Of a stretch of 64,000 nucleotides of DNA, positions 30,143 to 39,990 are shown one piece after another. The DNA is from Candidatus Adlerbacteria bacterium. GTDB taxonomy: Bacteria > Patescibacteriota > Minisyncoccia > Phycocordibacterales > SBAW01. The stretch's first letter is position 1; every line of letters starts with the position of its first letter. The DNA lies in NCBI GenBank assembly GCA_029288895.1, contig JARIGK010000004.1, positions 13,621 to 77,620 of the forward strand, in the 5' to 3' direction. The position numbers were made by a program, and so were the translations under genes. The notes beneath the pieces are model-generated. The model had not been told where the DNA came from. It searched no databases and was given only the letters and a program-made list of their open reading frames with translations.

Positions 30143-30327
30143 GGCGCCAAACCGTCAAGTTGACCCTACCCCCTCCTTTTATATAGTTAGATAGTACCTT
30201 CTGAAGTTCAGATGAAGTGGCTCAATAGAGCCACAAAGCAGACAGAAATGGCAGAGCGAGGCTCTAACTTAGGCTTATAGGTTCTCACTATACAGACCCT
30301 TCTCCGGCGGGTGACCCGTTATTCTCG

Positions 30328-31428
30328 GTGAAGGCAAAAAAGATGGTCGTCGTTTCCCTCACGCTTATTGGCGGCCTTTTCTCGTTTTGTATTCCACTGC
30401 TTGCGTCGGCAAGCATTTTTACGTCTCTCCTTGGTGCAACCGCGGGTGTAAGCGGTGCGTCGGGCTCGTCGTCCAACTCTCAGACCATGACGCTCCCCTC
30501 GCCTGCAACCAATATCGACCCCAACCCTGCTGTGGGTGGCGGCGACATCAGCCTCGTCGGTGGCTCAGCCCTCTTGGCGCAAGAAGGTCCGTCGGGTACC
30601 GCGGCTGATATCGAAAGTGAGCCAACAAACCAGCAGGTCAGCGTCTACACCGTCCGCGATGGCGACACTCTGTCGGGCATTGCGAAGATGTTCAACGTGA
30701 CGGCTAACACCATCTTGGGCGCCAACGATATTAAAGGTGGCGTCGTGCACCCAGGCCAGACACTCATCATCTTCCCTATCCCAGGTCTCCAGCACACCGT
30801 AGCGAAAGGCGAAACATTGGCATCATTGGCAAAGAAATATAATTCCGACGCGCACGACATCGCCGCATACAACGGCTTGGCTGACAACGACACGCTCAAC
30901 GTTGGCGACAGCATCTTTATCCCAGGTGCAGAAACATCAGTAGCCGCACCCACACCAACGAAGCCGTCTGGTTCGAAGGGTGGCAAACCATCGTCATCGC
31001 ACGCACGCGCAATCGCAAATATCGCGAGCGGTAAAACAACCGAGCCGTACTTGGGTGGCTCGGGCCCTGCACTTGATGGATTCTTTGCATGGCCAGTTGC
31101 GGGCGGCATCATCACTCAAGGTTTGCATGGATGGAATGCCGTCGACATTGGTGCAGCAAAAGGCACATCTATTTTTGCAGCAGCCGGAGGCACTGTCGTT
31201 GTCGCAAACGGAAGCGGCGCATGGAACGGTGGCTACGGCAGCTATGTTGTTATCCAGCATGCAAATGGTACACAAACGTTGTATGCGCACATGAGCAAAG
31301 TACTTGTCTCGGCGGGCAGCCATGTCGACCAGGGCGACACCATCGGCCGCGTCGGTGCAACCGGCGAAGCAACTGGTGCGCACCTCCACTTCGAAGTCCG
31401 CGGAGCTCAAAACCCATTCGCAAACTAA
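30328..31428 (+). CDS. LysM + M23 family peptidoglycan peptidase
   Basis: Two LysM repeats (YTVRDGDTLSGIA; HTVAKGETLASLA) and M23 motifs H.W.AVD, YAHM, HLHFEV. Confidence 0.93.
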   Translation: MKAKKMVVVSLTLIGGLFSFCIPLLASASIFTSLLGATAGVSGASGSSSNSQTMTLPSPATNIDPNPAVGGGDISLVGGSALLAQEGPSGTAADIESEPTNQQVSVYTVRDGDTLSGIAKMFNVTANTILGANDIKGGVVHPGQTLIIFPIPGLQHTVAKGETLASLAKKYNSDAHDIAAYNGLADNDTLNVGDSIFIPGAETSVAAPTPTKPSGSKGGKPSSSHARAIANIASGKTTEPYLGGSGPALDGFFAWPVAGGIITQGLHGWNAVDIGAAKGTSIFAAAGGTVVVANGSGAWNGGYGSYVVIQHANGTQTLYAHMSKVLVSAGSHVDQGDTIGRVGATGEATGAHLHFEVRGAQNPFAN

Positions 31429-31467
31429 ATCCTCTTTCTATAAATTTCCAAAAGAAAAACGCGGCCA

Positions 31468-32049
31468 TCATTTGGTCGCGTTTAATTTTTTCAGAAAGGC
31501 ACGAATGCCACCCTGCTTAGGCTGGTACATCCATGTCATCCAGCTCTCGACGAGTTGTTCCAACACTGTCGTGCGGTAGGTCTGGAATGTTTCGAGCGAG
31601 GTTTTCTTGCCCCAGGGCTTCGTGTAGTCCATCGGTAAGCGGATAAGATTGTCGAGTCGTTTGAGCCCGCGCTCGCCTTGCGTACTACTTACGAGAACAC
31701 CAAGCGCGTACGGTTGTTCTGGGGGAACGACTCCAACCGAACGATGGCCCCACTCCAACACAAGAGCTGCGTGCGCACTTGGAGTTTGAACCATGAGATA
31801 GAGCGCATGCAGCTCCGCGCGTATGTACGGCTCCTTGAGGAGCCCAGGTAACCGCGAGAGCGTTCTAAAGCTAGGACGCTCCTCGTTCGACGCAACTACT
31901 TGGAAACTTTTTCGGCCAGATGTCCGCTTGAGGATTGTGTCCGTTTGGTTAGCCAACGGGTCTTCGCCAGCTACCACTACCGTGATCTTTTTGTATTTCA
32001 CGAAGGTCTCCGTGCGTGTGTGAAACAGAACTTCTATACCTGCCGCCAC
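31468..32049 (-). CDS. Hypothetical protein
   Basis: 193 aa ORF filling the gap; no recognised motif. Confidence 0.5.
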   Translation of the reverse strand: MAAGIEVLFHTRTETFVKYKKITVVVAGEDPLANQTDTILKRTSGRKSFQVVASNEERPSFRTLSRLPGLLKEPYIRAELHALYLMVQTPSAHAALVLEWGHRSVGVVPPEQPYALGVLVSSTQGERGLKRLDNLIRLPMDYTKPWGKKTSLETFQTYRTTVLEQLVESWMTWMYQPKQGGIRAFLKKLNATK

Positions 32050-32078
32050 CCTACCAAAGAAACTTGTGGAACGCTATT

Positions 32079-33617
32079 TTACTGTTTGCGCTGCCTATAT
32101 TGGAGTGCTTCTAAGATATGTGATTCGCCTACGTCGGGCGAAGAGTCCAAGTCGGCGATAGTGCGTGCAACTTTGATAACACGATGGAATGCACGCGGAG
32201 AAAGCGAAAGACGTGTGCCGGCTTTTTCTAATGTCGTGCGTGCGGTGTCAGTGAGTGCCACAAATTCTTCCAACTCGCGCGGCGAAAGGTCGCTATTTGT
32301 TTTCTGTGTGCCGTAGCGTGCCGCCTGCATCGCACGTGCGTCGGCAACTTTGTTGCGTGCAGCCGTGGTCTCTGTACCTTGCCGTACTTTTTTGCCAAGC
32401 TCGGGCAAGTCGACAGGACCCATAGTCATCCACAAATCGATGCGGTCTGCTATGGGCCCCGACACTTTGCGGCGGTAGCGCTCGAGTGTGTGCGGGCTAC
32501 ACACGCACTGCACCGTAGGGTGCCCATAGTTGCCGCACGGGCACGGGTTCATCGCAGCGACTAATGTAAACCGCGCCGGGAAGAGTGCTGTGCCTTTTGC
32601 ACGTGCCACGGCAATGACTCTGTCTTCAAGTGGTTGGCGCAATGCTTCGATCACACGTCTCTCAAACTCGGGGAATTCGTCCAGAAATAAAACGCCTCGG
32701 TGTGCGAGCGTTGCCTCGCCCGGCCGCGGGCTCGCACCACCGCCGACGATCGAGACATAACTCGATGTATGGTGCGGCGCACGAAATGGCGGCATCGTCA
32801 GCAAGCCGCCCTGCAACACGCCGGCGACAGAGTGGATGCCGTTTACTTCGAGTACTTCGTCAAACGACAGCGGCGGCAAGATCGACGCCAATGCGCGCGC
32901 CAACATCGTTTTGCCCGTGCCCGGCGGGCCAGACAACCCCAGGTTGTGCCCGCCTGCCGCAGCAATGATCGCTGCGCGTTTCGCACTTTCTTGGCCGCGG
33001 ATATCTTCAAATGCAAACTGTGTGTCGGCGAGCGCGGGCACGAGTTCCGTTTGCGGTGTCGGGTGGAGTGGAATTTGCTGGCGCTTCCCTCCCTCTTTCT
33101 TTTCGTTCAAATGGTCTATCACCTCGCCTAAATTTTTTGCTGCATAAATTTCTATACCTGCAACAAGCGCCGCCTCTTGCGCATTGCGCGCCGGCACAAA
33201 CACACCGCGCTTGCCCGCGCGTTTTGCTTCTGCAACCAACGGCAGCACGCCGCGTACGGGTTGCACATTTCCGTCGAGCGAAAGTTCGCCAATAAACAAA
33301 TATGGGTCGGGGTCAAAACGGATGTCGTCGGCTGCAAGCAAATACGACAGTGCGATAGGCAGGTCAAACATCGGCCCTTCTTTTTTTAAATCCGCGGGTG
33401 CGAGTGAAATGACAATTTTTTGGTTGCGTGTTTTGGGCGAATCAAAGCCCGAATGTTTTATCGCGGCAGCGACACGGTCGCGGCTTTCTTCTACTGCTTT
33501 GTCAGGCAACCCAACGATAGTAAACGCGTGTAACCCGCGCGAGAGGTCTGTCTCCACGGAAACTATGTGGGGCGAAAGGAGCGAGGTCTGTGCCCCATAC
33601 ACGCGTGCATATTGCAT
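32079..33617 (-). CDS. comM: YifB/ComM Mg-chelatase-like AAA+ ATPase
   Basis: IVGLPD.AV.ESR, GPPGTGKT, PFRAPHH, LAHRGVLFLDE and AMNPCPCG motifs. Confidence 0.93.
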   Translation of the reverse strand: MQYARVYGAQTSLLSPHIVSVETDLSRGLHAFTIVGLPDKAVEESRDRVAAAIKHSGFDSPKTRNQKIVISLAPADLKKEGPMFDLPIALSYLLAADDIRFDPDPYLFIGELSLDGNVQPVRGVLPLVAEAKRAGKRGVFVPARNAQEAALVAGIEIYAAKNLGEVIDHLNEKKEGGKRQQIPLHPTPQTELVPALADTQFAFEDIRGQESAKRAAIIAAAGGHNLGLSGPPGTGKTMLARALASILPPLSFDEVLEVNGIHSVAGVLQGGLLTMPPFRAPHHTSSYVSIVGGGASPRPGEATLAHRGVLFLDEFPEFERRVIEALRQPLEDRVIAVARAKGTALFPARFTLVAAMNPCPCGNYGHPTVQCVCSPHTLERYRRKVSGPIADRIDLWMTMGPVDLPELGKKVRQGTETTAARNKVADARAMQAARYGTQKTNSDLSPRELEEFVALTDTARTTLEKAGTRLSLSPRAFHRVIKVARTIADLDSSPDVGESHILEALQYRQRKQ

Positions 33618-33688
33618 ACCCCGCAGTGTAGCGATCTACAACTGCGGGGCTGCTAAAACAAAAGTATGAGGTTTCTAAAATGTTGGGA

Positions 33689-34066
33689 CTACGCACCCAA
33701 TTCTGCCTCTTCGTCCATGTGCGCTTTGCACGTACGCGCTGAAGGGATGGCGTCCAAACGATCTTCTTCGATTTCTTCGCCGCCAATTTCGCACACGCCG
33801 TAGGTACCAGCATCTATTTTTTCGAGGGCACGCTGCACATTTTTGAGCTGAATTTTAAATGCGTCAGTCTCTGCGGTGTTTTCTTCGAGCTCTTCTATGT
33901 TGTCGGCAATTTCGTCCTCTTCTGTTGCTGTCTCATCGATGTCGCCTGCGTCGGCTTCCCAAACATCGACTTCGGTTTCTGTTGCGGTGTCTTTTAATTC
34001 GCTCTCCAATGTTGAGAGTTCTTCTTCAAGGCGATGCTTGAGTTTATCGATGGTGTGTTGGTCCAT
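33689..34066 (-). CDS. DksA/TraR family protein
   Basis: Acidic coiled coil, then ALEKIDAGTYGVCEIGGEEI..DRL.AIP.ARTC. Confidence 0.88.
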   Translation of the reverse strand: MDQHTIDKLKHRLEEELSTLESELKDTATETEVDVWEADAGDIDETATEEDEIADNIEELEENTAETDAFKIQLKNVQRALEKIDAGTYGVCEIGGEEIEEDRLDAIPSARTCKAHMDEEAELGA

Positions 34067-34081
34067 GCGGACATTTTACCA

Positions 34082-35263
34082 TTACTGGCTATTTGGCAAG
34101 GATGTCAGCGGGGCTTGTGTGAGTCGCGCGATTACCTCGTGTAACGTACCTTCGTTGGTTGTAATAACAAGCGTCCCCCGGTCGAGGAAGGTCCAGAGCA
34201 AATAGATTTGATTATCAGGTGTGAGCAAAACGCGCGCGTCATGGTTGTCGACGATTTGGTCAGTGAAACCAGTTTGTACAAATGCAGCAGGTGCTGCTGG
34301 AGTTGTCGAAGCGGTTGAGGATGCCATCTGCGCAGGCTCGGTTGGTGCCTGAATTTTCGGCGCAGGTGTGTACGCAAAGAGCGGGTACAGATCTTGCTTC
34401 ATCGTCGGCTCCCACGAAAGCATGCCTGCGTAGCCCTGTTCGTACGAATCAATTTTCAAAATTAAAAATGGCTGGTTGATGCCGTAGGAATGTACGCCAA
34501 GCAAATACACTGGTTCGATATCGCGCATGAGAGTTTCCGGCATGTCGGGCGCGATTATGCCAAACAATGTCTGCGCGTCTGCATACGTTGCTTGCGAGTT
34601 GCTGCTTGTTGCCGCGCTTTGCACATAGAGTTGTGCAACGAGCCCGAGCGAGAGAGAAATATTTTTCTTTGCTGCGACGAGTGCGTTCATGGCTGTAGTT
34701 GCGCTTGCATCCCCTGGCAGTGTTGCGACTGCCGTACCGTCGATCGAGATGTATGGCGCTACACCCTGTTGCTGCTGCGGCAGCGGTGCGTTGTGGAGGA
34801 GTGCGTAGCCGAGGCCGCCGAGTGCACTCACGATCAGTACGATGCCGAGCGCAACAAACACAACAGTGCGAAGTGTCGATGACGCACTCCTCTGTTTTGA
34901 TTCGTCGAGCGAGTCGGCCAAGGGTGCTGAGCCGCGGCGTGTTGCTTCTGCTGCAGCGATCGAAACAACCGACACGTTGTTGTCTTTGACGACGCGCGCA
35001 ATGTCACCTTGGAATGTTTGCAGCGGTGCAATGGATGCAGGTTGGTTTGATACCTGCGCAGAACTTTCCGATCGGCTTCCTGTCGGAACCGCGGAGAAGT
35101 TCTGCTCCGGTGTTACAGCGGGTGTAGGTTCTGGCTTTGGAAGTGTGGCTGACTGCTCTTGCGAATACAACGCGCCCGCATCGACTCGCTGTGCGGAGTC
35201 GAGCGAAGGCGCATCTTTTTTTGGGAGTAGGAAACTCTTAGGGTCTAGGGGCTCTTGGTCCAT
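34082..35263 (-). CDS. Single-pass membrane hypothetical protein
   Basis: 393 aa with a central TM; overlaps the pnp 3' end. Confidence 0.7.
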   Translation of the reverse strand: MDQEPLDPKSFLLPKKDAPSLDSAQRVDAGALYSQEQSATLPKPEPTPAVTPEQNFSAVPTGSRSESSAQVSNQPASIAPLQTFQGDIARVVKDNNVSVVSIAAAEATRRGSAPLADSLDESKQRSASSTLRTVVFVALGIVLIVSALGGLGYALLHNAPLPQQQQGVAPYISIDGTAVATLPGDASATTAMNALVAAKKNISLSLGLVAQLYVQSAATSSNSQATYADAQTLFGIIAPDMPETLMRDIEPVYLLGVHSYGINQPFLILKIDSYEQGYAGMLSWEPTMKQDLYPLFAYTPAPKIQAPTEPAQMASSTASTTPAAPAAFVQTGFTDQIVDNHDARVLLTPDNQIYLLWTFLDRGTLVITTNEGTLHEVIARLTQAPLTSLPNSQ

Positions 35264-37412
35264 TTGGCTGGACAGACGGTGTGAGGCCTTTTCGTGCTGC
35301 GAACTCTGGGTCTGCTGCTTTGATCGAGAGGTTGATTCGGCCCTTGTCGTCTATCTCTTTAATCATAACCTGCACTTTGTCGCCCACGGCAACCGCAGAT
35401 GAAATCTTCTCGATGCGGAACGGTGCAACTTCAGAAACATGCACCAAGCCCTCTGCGTCTTTGCCCGGGCCGATGCGGACGAACGCGCCGAAGTCCATCA
35501 GGCGTGTAACCTCGCCTTCGTACATCTCGCCCGGTTTATATTCCTTTACGAGTGCGGCAATCATCTCCTGTGCCTTTTGCGCTGTACCGTTTTTGCCGGT
35601 GATAAAGATCGAACCGTCATCTTCGATGGTGATGTCTGCAACTCCTGAAACATCTTTGATGCCGTTAATCGTCTTGCCTCCCCCGCCAATCACGAGGCCA
35701 ATTTGGTCTGGGCGAACGTTCATGGTGATGATTTCTGGTGCGCGCGGCGATATATGTGGGCGTGAAACTGCAATTTCTTTTTCGATCACATCCAAGATGT
35801 GCATGCGCGCAGCCTTCGCGCCCGCGAGTGCTTCCACCAAAATCGGTACCGGCACGCCGTCCAATTTGATGTCCATCTGGATTGCAGTGATGCCCGCACG
35901 AGTGCCCGCGACTTTAAAGTCCATGTCGCCGAATTCGTCTTCGGGGCCCTGGATGTCGGTGAGTACTTTGTAACGGCCGTCGCCATTCATCGAAAGCATG
36001 AGCCCCATCGCGATGCCGGCAACTGGTGCCTTCAGCGGCACGCCGCCATCCATCAATGCAAGCGTTGATGCGCACACCGAACCCATCGAGGTCGAACCAT
36101 TCGACGCCAAACATTCCGACACCAAGCGAATGGTGTATGGGAATTGTTCAACCGGTGGGATCACTGCTGCGAGCGCTTTTTCTGCAAGCGCGCCGTGGCC
36201 GATCATGCGGCGGTTCAACCCACCGACACGGCCCGTCTCCCCTGCCGAGTACGGCGGGAAGTTGTAGTGATGCATGAAGCGCTTTTTAACATCGTGCTCT
36301 TCCATTGAATCGATAACCTGTGAGTCGCCGGGGCCGCCGAGCGTCAATGTCGAAAAGACGTGCGTGCCGCCGCGATAGAAAATACCCGAGCCGTGCAAGA
36401 TGTCCGAGACGCCGCCTGCCTTTGCAAACAAGGGGCGCACTTCATCAAAGCGGCGATTGTCTGCGCGCTTATTTTCTTCGACTGCGCCACGGTGGATTTC
36501 TTCGTCGACTTTATCTTCGAGGAAGCGCTTCGCCATCCCGGGATTGATGTCTGCGTACGCTTCTTCTTTCAATTTTTCTTTCCACGCATCCTGCACCTCG
36601 TGGATAGCATCTTTGCTTGGTTTGCCGCAGAAGACCGCTGCAGAAAGTTTCGCTCTAAATTCTGATTCAAATAATTCTGACAATGCAGCAGGGATTTCTG
36701 GTTTTGCCGCATCGCGTTTTGTTTTACCGATTTCTGCCACAATCGATTTCTGCCATGCAACAATTTTGTCGTGCTCTGCGGTTGCTTGTACAAATGCAGC
36801 GGCGGTGTCATCTTCCGAAATTTCGTGCGCACCAACTTCGATCATGTTGATCATGCTGTCTTTGCCGCAGGCAAGAAGGTCGAGCACCATCTCTTTGTCG
36901 GCGCGTTCTGCAAACGTTGGGTTGACGATAAAATCACCGCCCATTTTTTTGCCGATGCGTACTGCAGCAACCGGGCCGTTCCACGGGATGTCTGATGTTG
37001 CGAGTGCAAGCGATGCTGCGTTAACGGCGACTGCTGCTGGGTCCTCTTCGTCGAGTGCCAACATGGTGATGATCACCTGCACTTCGTTGCGGATGTGTTG
37101 CGGAAAGAGTGGGCGGATCGTCCGGTCGACAACGCGGCCAGACAAAATTGCTGCTTCCGAGGGCCTACCTTCGCGGCGCACAAAGCGCGAGCCGCCGATA
37201 GTGCCCGCGGCATAAAAGCGCTCTTCGTATTCGACCGACAGAGGGAAGTAGTCGATGTCATCGCGCGTGCGGCTAGAGATCACTGCCGTGGCCAACACCG
37301 CAGTGTTGCCGTAGCGCACAATGACCGACCCGTTTGCCTGTTCGGCCAAGTCAGTAAATTCGGCGGACAATGTCTTGCCGCCAATCTGTGTTTCGAACTT
37401 CTTTGATTGCAT
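35238..37412 (-). CDS. pnp: Polyribonucleotide nucleotidyltransferase
   Basis: RREGRPS, FMHHYNFPP, SNGSTSMGS and GDMDFKVAG motifs; KH and S1 domains. Confidence 0.98.
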   Translation of the reverse strand: MQSKKFETQIGGKTLSAEFTDLAEQANGSVIVRYGNTAVLATAVISSRTRDDIDYFPLSVEYEERFYAAGTIGGSRFVRREGRPSEAAILSGRVVDRTIRPLFPQHIRNEVQVIITMLALDEEDPAAVAVNAASLALATSDIPWNGPVAAVRIGKKMGGDFIVNPTFAERADKEMVLDLLACGKDSMINMIEVGAHEISEDDTAAAFVQATAEHDKIVAWQKSIVAEIGKTKRDAAKPEIPAALSELFESEFRAKLSAAVFCGKPSKDAIHEVQDAWKEKLKEEAYADINPGMAKRFLEDKVDEEIHRGAVEENKRADNRRFDEVRPLFAKAGGVSDILHGSGIFYRGGTHVFSTLTLGGPGDSQVIDSMEEHDVKKRFMHHYNFPPYSAGETGRVGGLNRRMIGHGALAEKALAAVIPPVEQFPYTIRLVSECLASNGSTSMGSVCASTLALMDGGVPLKAPVAGIAMGLMLSMNGDGRYKVLTDIQGPEDEFGDMDFKVAGTRAGITAIQMDIKLDGVPVPILVEALAGAKAARMHILDVIEKEIAVSRPHISPRAPEIITMNVRPDQIGLVIGGGGKTINGIKDVSGVADITIEDDGSIFITGKNGTAQKAQEMIAALVKEYKPGEMYEGEVTRLMDFGAFVRIGPGKDAEGLVHVSEVAPFRIEKISSAVAVGDKVQVMIKEIDDKGRINLSIKAADPEFAARKGLTPSVQPNGPRAPRP

Positions 37413-37533
37413 ACCTTATATATGCGAAGTTCTCGAATGTTAGGTCTCCTTCGAAGAAGGCCTACGTATCCGGGAACTTCGCCAATTACTTATATATAGA
37501 CACTCTAGGCTAAAAATTGATCAAACGCCACGT

Positions 37534-37562
37534 TTGACAGGTATATTGTTCCAACGTACTTT
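37534..37562 (+). promoter_or_regulatory. sigma70-type promoter
   Basis: TTGACA-17 nt-TACTTT upstream of the 37587 ORF. Confidence 0.55.
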
Positions 37563-37586
37563 TATTTCGGATACGGGAGAATTGCT

Positions 37587-37784
37587 ATGTCAAACGCGTT
37601 TTTCGAGAAAGGCAAAGCCCTCTTTTTGTTCAGCGTAGGCGGCATCATGCTCAGCTGGGTCCTCAATGCCTGTTTTAAGCGCTCGATGCGCCTATACAGG
37701 ATGCGGAATACTCCGCAGCCCACGAGTGCCCTGCCCAACTACGACCATTCTTCCGATGCAGGAGATGGCCAACCGTGGCACTGA
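37587..37784 (+). CDS. Small membrane protein
   Basis: 65 aa with one TM, SD GGGAG, and its own promoter and terminator. Confidence 0.55.
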   Translation: MSNAFFEKGKALFLFSVGGIMLSWVLNACFKRSMRLYRMRNTPQPTSALPNYDHSSDAGDGQPWH

Positions 37785-37790
37785 GCCAAA

Positions 37791-37822
37791 CAAAACCGCC
37801 GACCTTTTTGGGCCGGCGTTTT
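37791..37822. terminator. Terminator hairpin, copy 1 of a direct repeat
   Basis: CAAAACCGCCGACCTTTTTGGGCCGGCGTTTT, near-identical to 39191-39225. Confidence 0.7.
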
Positions 37823-37826
37823 ATTT

Positions 37827-38567
37827 TTATAGAGTCTTCCAGATAAAGCTGTGCATACTTTTGAATAGCTCGGCGATATCCTTATTTTCTATCACTATTG
37901 CGGAAAGGTCGCGCAGGCTCATCAGGGCAACTTTGTCTCCATAAATAAGCACATCAACGTTTGATTTAAACGACTCGGGCAGAGTTTTTGAAAGTTTGCC
38001 GTTGCCCCCGTTCTTCTCGCGGATTTCTTTTATACGCTTTACGTACTTACTTTTTACGAACAGGTCGTAGCTTTTAAATGAATGTTCCCCCATCGTTTTG
38101 TCGAATGCGTCATACTCCGCTTCGCTAAAACTTTCAAAAAACCTATCAGCCGGGAAGATAGAATATCCATCCCCCACCGTCTTAAACAGGTCATCATAGA
38201 TGCGCGCCATCTCTCGCTTCCCTTCGTAAAATACAACATTTGGTTTGTTGGTTGCCTGCCCGCGCAATGTCGACATGGCCTCTACGTTTTTTTCGAACTC
38301 CCCAGTGCGTTTTTTGAAATCGTTCAATATTTCTTTTGGGTCATTTGCCGAATAGAATGTTCTCTTCCCTATCGGGACGCGGATAATAAAATTTTTTACA
38401 AGCAATGCTTCTAAGTGTTCATAACACGTGGCGCGTTTTATTCCTGTAGCGCGGGCGATGTCTGCCACGTCCATACGGCTGTGCCCTAGAAGGCATACAT
38501 ATATAGAAGCGGCCTTCTGCGGCAGCCCCACCCCCTCCAAAACCTCTATAAGTTGAGATTGTTCCAT
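37827..38567 (-). CDS. TrmB-like HTH transcriptional regulator
   Basis: L..GL....A.IY..LL wHTH, V.FYEG linker, and IYGDKVA...IEN..IA..F...W effector domain. Confidence 0.85.
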   Translation of the reverse strand: MEQSQLIEVLEGVGLPQKAASIYVCLLGHSRMDVADIARATGIKRATCYEHLEALLVKNFIIRVPIGKRTFYSANDPKEILNDFKKRTGEFEKNVEAMSTLRGQATNKPNVVFYEGKREMARIYDDLFKTVGDGYSIFPADRFFESFSEAEYDAFDKTMGEHSFKSYDLFVKSKYVKRIKEIREKNGGNGKLSKTLPESFKSNVDVLIYGDKVALMSLRDLSAIVIENKDIAELFKSMHSFIWKTL

Positions 38568-38747
38568 ACGACCATTCTATAGGTTTTATAAAAAATGTCA
38601 ATAAAAGCGACATATTTTATCTTATTAAAATTAAAATACGTTGCTAAATAAGAGTATTTTAGCTACAAAAATATAATTTTTATACCTAAATCTTCATTTT
38701 GTTAGATACTTAATGCAGTTAGAACATTCAAATATAGGAGAGGTCCC

Positions 38748-39188
38748 ATGATCGAGTATCTCGCTTTCCACCCAGTGCTGGCAGCAATTTTTATCGAAAG
38801 TCTGATAGCGCTTTTCTGTCTAGCTATTACATCCGTATATGCCAAAGAAGGCTTTAAGTCCTGGCTTGGCAATGCGCTTGGGTTTGCAATAATCCCTGGT
38901 ATAGTTCTCCAACTTTTCCTTGTTCTTTGGTTTGGTCCGAATGGCCCAGCTGCTGATATAGAGCGTGCACGGCAACGGGCACAAACACATGGCAAAGTGC
39001 TTTGGGAGCTTGTGTATGAGCAAAAATATAGCTCATGTCTGGATGTTGCTTTGAGCTTCGAGAGCCCAGGAAAGGTATATTGGCACTCGCCTTTCCCTGA
39101 AGCAGAGCGGTGGAAAATATTGGTAATGTCGGACGAGCAAGCAGATGCTACGTTCAAGTGCCTAAAGCCTTTTTTCGAAAAGAAATAA
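38748..39188 (+). CDS. Hypothetical membrane protein
   Basis: 146 aa with two N-terminal TMs and SD AGGAGAGG. Confidence 0.65.
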   Translation: MIEYLAFHPVLAAIFIESLIALFCLAITSVYAKEGFKSWLGNALGFAIIPGIVLQLFLVLWFGPNGPAADIERARQRAQTHGKVLWELVYEQKYSSCLDVALSFESPGKVYWHSPFPEAERWKILVMSDEQADATFKCLKPFFEKK

Positions 39189-39190
39189 AT

Positions 39191-39225
39191 CAAAACCGCC
39201 GACCTTTTGGGGCCGGCGGTTTTTT
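39191..39225. terminator. Terminator hairpin, copy 2 of a direct repeat
   Basis: CAAAACCGCCGACCTTTTGGGGCCGGCGGTTTTTT. Confidence 0.72.
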
Positions 39226-39232
39226 CTTTATC

Positions 39233-39886
39233 TTAGGCTTCGTCTTCAACTTCAGAATCGGAGTCGTCGTAGACCTCTTGGCCGACGTCGATGCCTTCGT
39301 CGTCAGCGGATGATTGCTGCGGATGTTGCCCGCCGCGGAGGTTCTGCAAGAAGCCTCCCTTTCCCCCATTGCCGCCACGGTAGTTAATAAGGAAGTTGCG
39401 TGGGTTGTCGCACATATCGACGAAGTCGTCAGCTGCTTCTTTCAGTGCACCTGAGGTCGATTTGCCAAAGGCGATAACCTCAACCTGGCAACCGTAGGTA
39501 TACTTCAAATACTCAACAAGCGGGATAAAGTCGCCATCGCCTGCTGCGATAATAACGGTGTCGAGCTTGGGTGCCATCGCAATAGCGTCGATTGCCAAAC
39601 CAATGTCCCAGTCGGCCTTTTTTGCGCCGCCGGCAAAGATACGTATATCTTTAACCTTGGTTTCGATACCAATTTTATTGAGCGCTTCAAAGAAGCCTTT
39701 TTCTTCTTCGCTTTCGGTGCGGATAACGTACGCGAGCGCGCGCACAAGTACACGCCCTGCAAGCGCTTCTTTTACAACATTGCCGAAGTTAACCTTTGAT
39801 TTGTAGAGGTTTTTTGCGGAATGGTAGAGATTTTGCGTGTCTATAAAAATGCCGACACGCTGGCTTTTCTGCTTAATGATTGCCAT
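39233..39886 (-). CDS. NYN domain (LabA/DUF88) protein
   Basis: IFIDTQNLY, KKADWDIGLAID, GDGDF.PL and ADDF motifs. Confidence 0.9.
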   Translation of the reverse strand: MAIIKQKSQRVGIFIDTQNLYHSAKNLYKSKVNFGNVVKEALAGRVLVRALAYVIRTESEEEKGFFEALNKIGIETKVKDIRIFAGGAKKADWDIGLAIDAIAMAPKLDTVIIAAGDGDFIPLVEYLKYTYGCQVEVIAFGKSTSGALKEAADDFVDMCDNPRNFLINYRGGNGGKGGFLQNLRGGQHPQQSSADDEGIDVGQEVYDDSDSEVEDEA

Positions 39887-39990
39887 AAAAATAAAAACGA
39901 ACAATTACGAACAAAATAAAAACGCGAACAACATGCACTACCTATAGTGTATACGAACAAAAATGAAGAATCGGTGCGTATGCACCGAGT

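Noticed and set aside
10190-37215. Long antisense ORFs in the track (e.g. 10190-10837, 35281-35973, 36400-37215)
   Set aside because: They are shadows of well-supported genes (dnaN, pnp and others) on the opposite strand and carry no motifs of their own.
39887-39960. CGAACAA direct repeats upstream of the NYN gene as a LexA box
   Set aside because: Spacing does not match GAAC-N4-GTTC or GTTC-N7-GTTC, and the sequence is low-complexity A-rich.
39971-39989. GGTGCGTAT resembling the XerC arm of dif
   Set aside because: It is part of the palindrome TCGGTGC-GTAT-GCACCGA after rpsO (terminator-like), there is no XerD arm, and the region is origin-proximal.
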